A stretch of 29,673 nucleotides of DNA from a virus (lineage: Duplodnaviria > Caudoviricetes). The stretch is from positions 1 through 29,673 of IMG/VR virus record IMGVR_UViG_3300035164_000608; one strand, 5' to 3'. The notes under the pieces are model-generated. The model had not been told where the DNA came from. It saw only the letters and a list, made by a program, of their open reading frames with translations, and searched no databases. Shown here one piece after another: positions 24,621 to 29,673 of the stretch. Made by a program: the position numbers and the translations under genes. How positions within the stretch are numbered: position 1 is the first letter of the stretch; every line of letters starts with the position of its first letter.

Positions 24621-27600
24621 ATGGCGACAACACTAACTAGTAATACTTTCACCTCTACGTATAAAGATGATTTTCGTGATAGTGATCACTATCATAAAAT
24701 ATTATTTAACACAGGTGTAGCACTTCAAGCAAGAGAATTAACTCAAATACAAACCATACTCCAAAAGCAAATATCAAGGTTTGGAGATAATATATTTAAA
24801 GAAGGTGCAGTGGTAAGACCTGGGGGAGCTAATTTACAATCAAAATATGAATTTATAAAATTAGATAACACTACCGACGTTACCAATAATGCCACTTGGA
24901 TAGGTGCAACTTTCCAAGGTGATACCTCTACCATAAAAGTTAAAGTGTTACAATATATTGCTGCTGAAAATGGAGATCCTGGGACAGTGTATGTTCAGTA
25001 TCTCAACACTGGAACTGCACCTGCGACAACAACGGTGCGAGTAACAGAAGGTGAAACTTTAAATAGTATAGCACCTCTTGCTGGTGAAGCTTTAAAAGTT
25101 CAAACTGGTAATGATCCAGTAGGAGTTGGTATCTTAGGTACTCTTAAGTCTGGAGTATATTATGCTAGAGGTAATTTTGTATTTACAGAAGATCAATCAA
25201 AAGTTATATCAAAATATTCAGATACTCTTGAAGATACTTTAGGATTTAGAGTTGTAGAAGACGTAGTTACTGTTTCAGATGACACAGGATTATTTGACAA
25301 TCAAGGAGCTGTTCCAAATACTTCTGCACCCGGTGCTGACAGATATAGAATAAAATTAACTATTGCGCTTGAAAGTGAAATTACTGGAACTGAAAGTTTT
25401 GTGCCAGTCGCAAAGATAGTTGATGGCGTAATTTTTAATACTAATAATACCGTAAGTGCTTACAATATTCCAAATGAATTAATAGCAAAAAGAATATCAG
25501 AAAATTCAGGTGACTATATAGTAAAACCATACACTGCAAATTTTCAACTTGATTCAGAAAACACCCACTTGTTACTAAAAGTAAGCGATGGTATAGCAGT
25601 TGTAGAAGGATTTAGAGCTGCAAGAAATTTTCCAACTTCGATAAGAATTGCAAAGCCTACTGGAACTAAAAAAATAGTAAATGACGTAGTTCCTGTAGAT
25701 TTTGGAAACTTTGTTGTTGTCAATCCGTTAACTGATAGCAGTGGAAACACACCAAACATAGCTACTTTAGAAAAACTTAATTTGCAAGATAGTGCGGTAT
25801 ATTCGGCTGGAAGTACTATTGGTACTGCAAGAGTAAAAGCTGTTACAGAGGACGGAGCTAAGTATAGATTTCATCTTTTTGATGTAAAAATGAATAGTGG
25901 TCAAGCATTTAGAGATGTTAAGAGTATTGGTACAAGTTCAACTAATTACTTTAAACCAGAGCTAGAAGGTACACCACCAAAAGCCGTGATAAAAGACGTA
26001 ATGAATAATACCTCAATATTTCCTTTGTCAATACGAAGGCCGGCTAATATAGAAAATGCAAATTATGTTGCTCAAAGAAGATTTCAAATTACAGCAGTAG
26101 GTGGAACTGCTTCATTACCGAACTTGTCGGGTAACCCAGGAGAAACTTACACTAATACTGGAGACTGGGTAGTGTCAGCTTCAGACAGCGACATTATAAC
26201 TACTGGATTAACTATTTCTGGAAATGGAACAGTCTCTTCTCAAATTTCTGGATTACCATCTTCTACTATGACAGTTGAAGTATTAGCCTATGTAAACAAA
26301 GGACAAGCTTCTGCTAAAACTAAAAACTTAACTACTAGAACTATATCTGTGGCTGGAGGCCAATCACAAATTAAATTAGGAAAAGCTGATATTTTTGATA
26401 TAGTATCTCACGTTAAAGCTTCTGATAGCAGCGTCAGTTTTTCTAATAGATATTTTTTAGATAATGGCCAGAGAGACAATCACTATGACATAGGAGCTTT
26501 AAATCTTAAAACAGGACAGTCAGCTCCTGCAGATAGTTCTACCATAACGTACAGATATTTTGAACATACTACTGGAGGAGACTTCTTCGCTGCACAATCT
26601 TACGCTAGTCCAATAACTTACGCTACTATACCAAGTTACAGAAAAAGTAATGGCAGAGTCATTAGACTGTACAATGCTTTAGACTTTAGATCGATAAAAG
26701 ACGGAGCTGATAGTGAATTTTCAAACACAGGTGCTGGCGCTCGTGTACTTGAACTTCCACAACCCGGCCAAGCTGTATCAGCTGATATCACTTATCACTT
26801 AGCTGATTCTGGCAAACTTGTCGTTAACAAGCAAGGAATTATATCATTTATAAGAGGTGGTTCATCATTTAATCCACCTTATCCTCCTAGACCGGATGAA
26901 ACACTAGGGCTATATGACATACGTTTAAATCCAAATACTTTAAATGATTCAGACGTGTCTATAAGAAAGATCGATCATAGAAGATTTACAATGAAAGATA
27001 TTGGAACTCTTGAAAATAGACTTAGTAAACTAGAAGAGTTTGCTTCACTTAGTGCTTTAGAGATAGACACCAGACACTTTCAAGTATTAGACTCAGCAGG
27101 CACAGATAGAACAAAATCTGGATTTGTAGTAGATAATTTTGTAGATCATACCAGATCTGCTACAAACTTTGCAGACTATAGAGCCGCAGTAGACCCAATT
27201 GAGAAAGTACTAAGACCTGCTTTTAAAGATCAAAACGTAAAACTTGTTTTTGACTCTGATGCATCTCTAGCGCTAGGAACCGTTAGAAGAGGCGACAACG
27301 TGTACTTGAATTATACCGAATCTACTTATATAAATCAAAATTTAGCTAGTAAAGCCATTCAGATTAATCCATTCAATGTTGTCATATATGACGGCGTTAT
27401 TACTTTATCTCCAGCTTCAGATGAGTGGAGAGATGTTGATAGATTACCTGATAAAATAATTCAAGGCGGAAGTAGACTTGCAAACCAGAACGCTTTTAAT
27501 TGGGGTAACTGGGCGTGGAACTGGGCTGGCGTACCTTTAGAAAATCTTAATATAGGATCTCAAGTAAACAGGTTTGGAAATCAAGTAAACAGAGTTGTTA

Positions 27601-28673
27601 GTGAAGAAACTGTATTAGAAACTATTGAAGATAGAACTATCCAATCAGTTTTATTAAATGATTGTAGAGCACGTAAAGTTTACTTTAGATGCGAAGGACT
27701 TAGACCAAACACCAGAGTATTTACTTTCTTCGATGGAGTAAATATATCAGACTTTACAAAAACAGTGCCCGGCCCTGGTGGATTTGAATTTTACGGATCA
27801 AATGAAGAAGATTTTGGTAATTCGCTAAGAGATATAACTTCTCATCCAGACACTCCTACTGCCACGATGTTAACAGATGCAAATGGTACTATATCTGGAA
27901 ACTTCATTATACCTAATAATTCTAATTTAAAATTTGAGGTTGGAACTAAAGAATTTAAAATAATGGACATTAGTGTCAATAACGAGAAAAATGCAGCTTG
28001 TATAGCTCGAGCTCCGTTTACGGCTAAAGGCTGGCTAGACACGAAAGAAGCAGAGGTAAGGTCAACAAGAGTTCTTAACGTTCAAGGTTTTACTATAACA
28101 TACAATAACTCTTCTGGTGGAGACGGCGGCGGAGGCGGCGATGATCCGCCACAGTTTACTACTCCGATCGATGGCAATAACATGTATTCTAACGACGCGC
28201 AATCAACTGACTTATCTGGTAGTATTGATACATCAATAGACGATGTTGGGTCAGAAGAAGATCCTGATGTAGGTCCTGCAGGTGATACACTTTGCTTACT
28301 TGAAGATATGAAAGTGATGCTAAATGGTAGAATATCTGAAGTCACTAATGTTAAAATTGGTGATGTAGTTTCATACGGCACCGTCATAGACGTTATACAT
28401 AAGCATATGAGAAATGGATATTATATAATTAATGATGAACTTAAAATTACAAACGATCACCCAGTGTTAGTAAATGGAAGTTGGAAGAAAGCAGAAGATG
28501 TTGTAGTCGGTGAGTACATAAATAATGTAAAAGTAGAATCAACAAGATATGTAGAAAAAGTAGTTCCAACAGTCTTTATAGCAACAAACACTGAAAGTTA
28601 CGATGTATATTGTGGAGATAATATTTACACAGTGCACGGTGACTACAGACAAGTATTACAAAAAGCGAGTTAA
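24621..28673 (+). CDS. VrlC/DUF4815-like large virion protein (N-terminal portion) with a C-terminal Hint domain
   Basis: Y.DDF.....YHKILF..G.ALQARELTQ.Q.ILQ.QI.RFG..IFKEG, APGADR, DNGQRD..YD, RFTMKDIG.LE.R...LE, K.GF.VDNF; from C1225: CLLEDMKV...ITNDHPV...W..A.D...TVHG. Confidence 0.85.
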   Translation: MATTLTSNTFTSTYKDDFRDSDHYHKILFNTGVALQARELTQIQTILQKQISRFGDNIFKEGAVVRPGGANLQSKYEFIKLDNTTDVTNNATWIGATFQGDTSTIKVKVLQYIAAENGDPGTVYVQYLNTGTAPATTTVRVTEGETLNSIAPLAGEALKVQTGNDPVGVGILGTLKSGVYYARGNFVFTEDQSKVISKYSDTLEDTLGFRVVEDVVTVSDDTGLFDNQGAVPNTSAPGADRYRIKLTIALESEITGTESFVPVAKIVDGVIFNTNNTVSAYNIPNELIAKRISENSGDYIVKPYTANFQLDSENTHLLLKVSDGIAVVEGFRAARNFPTSIRIAKPTGTKKIVNDVVPVDFGNFVVVNPLTDSSGNTPNIATLEKLNLQDSAVYSAGSTIGTARVKAVTEDGAKYRFHLFDVKMNSGQAFRDVKSIGTSSTNYFKPELEGTPPKAVIKDVMNNTSIFPLSIRRPANIENANYVAQRRFQITAVGGTASLPNLSGNPGETYTNTGDWVVSASDSDIITTGLTISGNGTVSSQISGLPSSTMTVEVLAYVNKGQASAKTKNLTTRTISVAGGQSQIKLGKADIFDIVSHVKASDSSVSFSNRYFLDNGQRDNHYDIGALNLKTGQSAPADSSTITYRYFEHTTGGDFFAAQSYASPITYATIPSYRKSNGRVIRLYNALDFRSIKDGADSEFSNTGAGARVLELPQPGQAVSADITYHLADSGKLVVNKQGIISFIRGGSSFNPPYPPRPDETLGLYDIRLNPNTLNDSDVSIRKIDHRRFTMKDIGTLENRLSKLEEFASLSALEIDTRHFQVLDSAGTDRTKSGFVVDNFVDHTRSATNFADYRAAVDPIEKVLRPAFKDQNVKLVFDSDASLALGTVRRGDNVYLNYTESTYINQNLASKAIQINPFNVVIYDGVITLSPASDEWRDVDRLPDKIIQGGSRLANQNAFNWGNWAWNWAGVPLENLNIGSQVNRFGNQVNRVVSEETVLETIEDRTIQSVLLNDCRARKVYFRCEGLRPNTRVFTFFDGVNISDFTKTVPGPGGFEFYGSNEEDFGNSLRDITSHPDTPTATMLTDANGTISGNFIIPNNSNLKFEVGTKEFKIMDISVNNEKNAACIARAPFTAKGWLDTKEAEVRSTRVLNVQGFTITYNNSSGGDGGGGGDDPPQFTTPIDGNNMYSNDAQSTDLSGSIDTSIDDVGSEEDPDVGPAGDTLCLLEDMKVMLNGRISEVTNVKIGDVVSYGTVIDVIHKHMRNGYYIINDELKITNDHPVLVNGSWKKAEDVVVGEYINNVKVESTRYVEKVVPTVFIATNTESYDVYCGDNIYTVHGDYRQVLQKAS
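28293..28640 (+). other. Hint (hedgehog/intein-like) autoprocessing domain within the 1350-aa CDS
   Basis: Starts at Cys1225, has block B TxDHP, and ends V-H-G instead of V-H-N; about 116 aa with no endonuclease. Confidence 0.8.
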
Positions 28674-28675
28674 GA

Positions 28676-29673
28676 ATGGCATTAAATTCATTAGGATATC
28701 AGATAAATAAACAACCGATTGCTCAATCGTTTTATGTTGATCAGACAACTGGAATATATTGTACTAAAGTCGATTTATTTTTCTCTTCAGTAGATGAGTC
28801 TTTACCGGTTCAAATACAGTTAAGGCCAATGCAAAACGGGTTACCATCTTCTTCTCAAATAATACCTGGGACGATAAAGTTAAGAACCGGTTTGACTAAC
28901 TCGAGCAATACTTCAGCAGATGCTAGTGTCGCTACTTCTTTTGAGTTCGATGAACCAGTGTTTTTAAAAGGAAGGCAAGACTACGCATTAGTAGTGACTG
29001 CTGATTCTAAAGATTACAGAATATACATATCGGAAACAGAAGAGTTTGTCATAGGTTCTACAGAAAAAAGAATTAATAAGCAACCCTCTTTAGGAAGTTT
29101 ATTTTTTACGCAAAATGGAGTAACCTTTACGCCAGCTCAAAGTTTAGATTTAGCTTTTAGAATATATCAAGCAAAGTTTAATACAACTTCTGGTACGGCA
29201 GTATTACACAATGCTCCACTTCCTACAAGATTACTTAGAGGAGATCCATTAACAGTAACTAAAAATAAAGCTAAAGTTACGGTAAGAGAGACTGGAAGTG
29301 GCTTGTTACCCGGTGATACTGTTAAGATAACTGGTGCCACATCATTAGGTGGAATAGATGCAGCAACTCTTAATAAAGCAACCGGATATACAGTTGATTC
29401 TGTTGATTGGTCTGGTTTTACTTTTACTGCCGATTCTTCCGCAGACTCGGATGCGATAGGCGGAGGAGGCCTCGTTAAAGCTACTACTAATATGCCTTTT
29501 AGTGTTGTACATCCAAATATAATAAATTTAACGCCAGATAGAACAACGTTGTCTGGATCTATAAAAGTTACTAATAGTACTTCGTTTGCTGGAAATGAAA
29601 CGGCTTACACCGGAAAAGCTACTGCAGCATTTCAGCACGTAAAATTTAATGAAGATAATATAGGAGAGTTTTA
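28676..29673 (+). CDS. VrlC/DUF4815-like protein, C-terminal portion encoded as a separate gene (3' truncated by window edge)
   Basis: Not in the ORF track; open to the window end. MALNSLGYQINKQPIAQSFYV...G.Y.TKVDLFF...LPV.IQLRPM.NG.P...T.F.FD.PVFL...QPSLGSLF.TQN...TP.Q..DL.F.IY.A.F. Confidence 0.85.
   Translation, partial: MALNSLGYQINKQPIAQSFYVDQTTGIYCTKVDLFFSSVDESLPVQIQLRPMQNGLPSSSQIIPGTIKLRTGLTNSSNTSADASVATSFEFDEPVFLKGRQDYALVVTADSKDYRIYISETEEFVIGSTEKRINKQPSLGSLFFTQNGVTFTPAQSLDLAFRIYQAKFNTTSGTAVLHNAPLPTRLLRGDPLTVTKNKAKVTVRETGSGLLPGDTVKITGATSLGGIDAATLNKATGYTVDSVDWSGFTFTADSSADSDAIGGGGLVKATTNMPFSVVHPNIINLTPDRTTLSGSIKVTNSTSFAGNETAYTGKATAAFQHVKFNEDNIGEF

Noticed and set aside
405-28387. Short antisense or alternate-frame track ORFs (e.g. 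405..659, 1044..1340, 2702..2899, 4118..4378, 6837..7280, 7982..8245, 15588..15848, 18991..19290, 22780..23235, 28082..28387)
   Set aside because: They lie within or opposite well-supported genes and show no recognisable motifs; treated as shadow ORFs.
28293-28673. Canonical splicing intein or split intein joining the two DUF4815 halves
   Set aside because: No terminal Asn/Gln, no +1 Cys/Ser/Thr, and the downstream ORF does not begin with an intein C-fragment.
1-29673. Stop-codon reassignment as the cause of the split genes
   Set aside because: Core genes are full length in the standard code, and TAA, TAG and TGA all end conserved genes at the expected positions.

Overview
AT-rich segment of a T4-like (Tevenvirinae/Kyanoviridae-type, probably marine) myovirus genome. 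Left to right: (i) the end of a glycosyltransferase cluster (GT25-like partial, GT8-like, CstII/Maf-like); (ii) an early-gene island (1596-4616) with four near-consensus sigma70 promoters, three preceded by the same 12-bp palindrome, small hypothetical genes, a GC-richer pseudoknotted candidate RNA and a stand-alone DNA-ligase Ia domain; (iii) gp33 and gp32; (iv) a minus-strand late operon (gp4, gp2, gp54, gp26, gp51-like, tape-measure-like gene); (v) a plus-strand baseplate operon (gp48, gp53, gp27-like, a gp5 split over several genes, gp25, gp6, gp7, gp9, gp8, and a split VrlC/DUF4815 protein whose first half ends in a Hint domain). Most notable: a likely -1 programmed frameshift fusing gp26 to gp51 just upstream of the tape measure gene (lambda G/GT-like arrangement), the candidate structured RNA, the Hint domain lacking its C-terminal Asn, and two apparently inactive peptidoglycan-hydrolase folds in the gp5 locus. 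All family calls come from motif recognition by eye, with no database searches.
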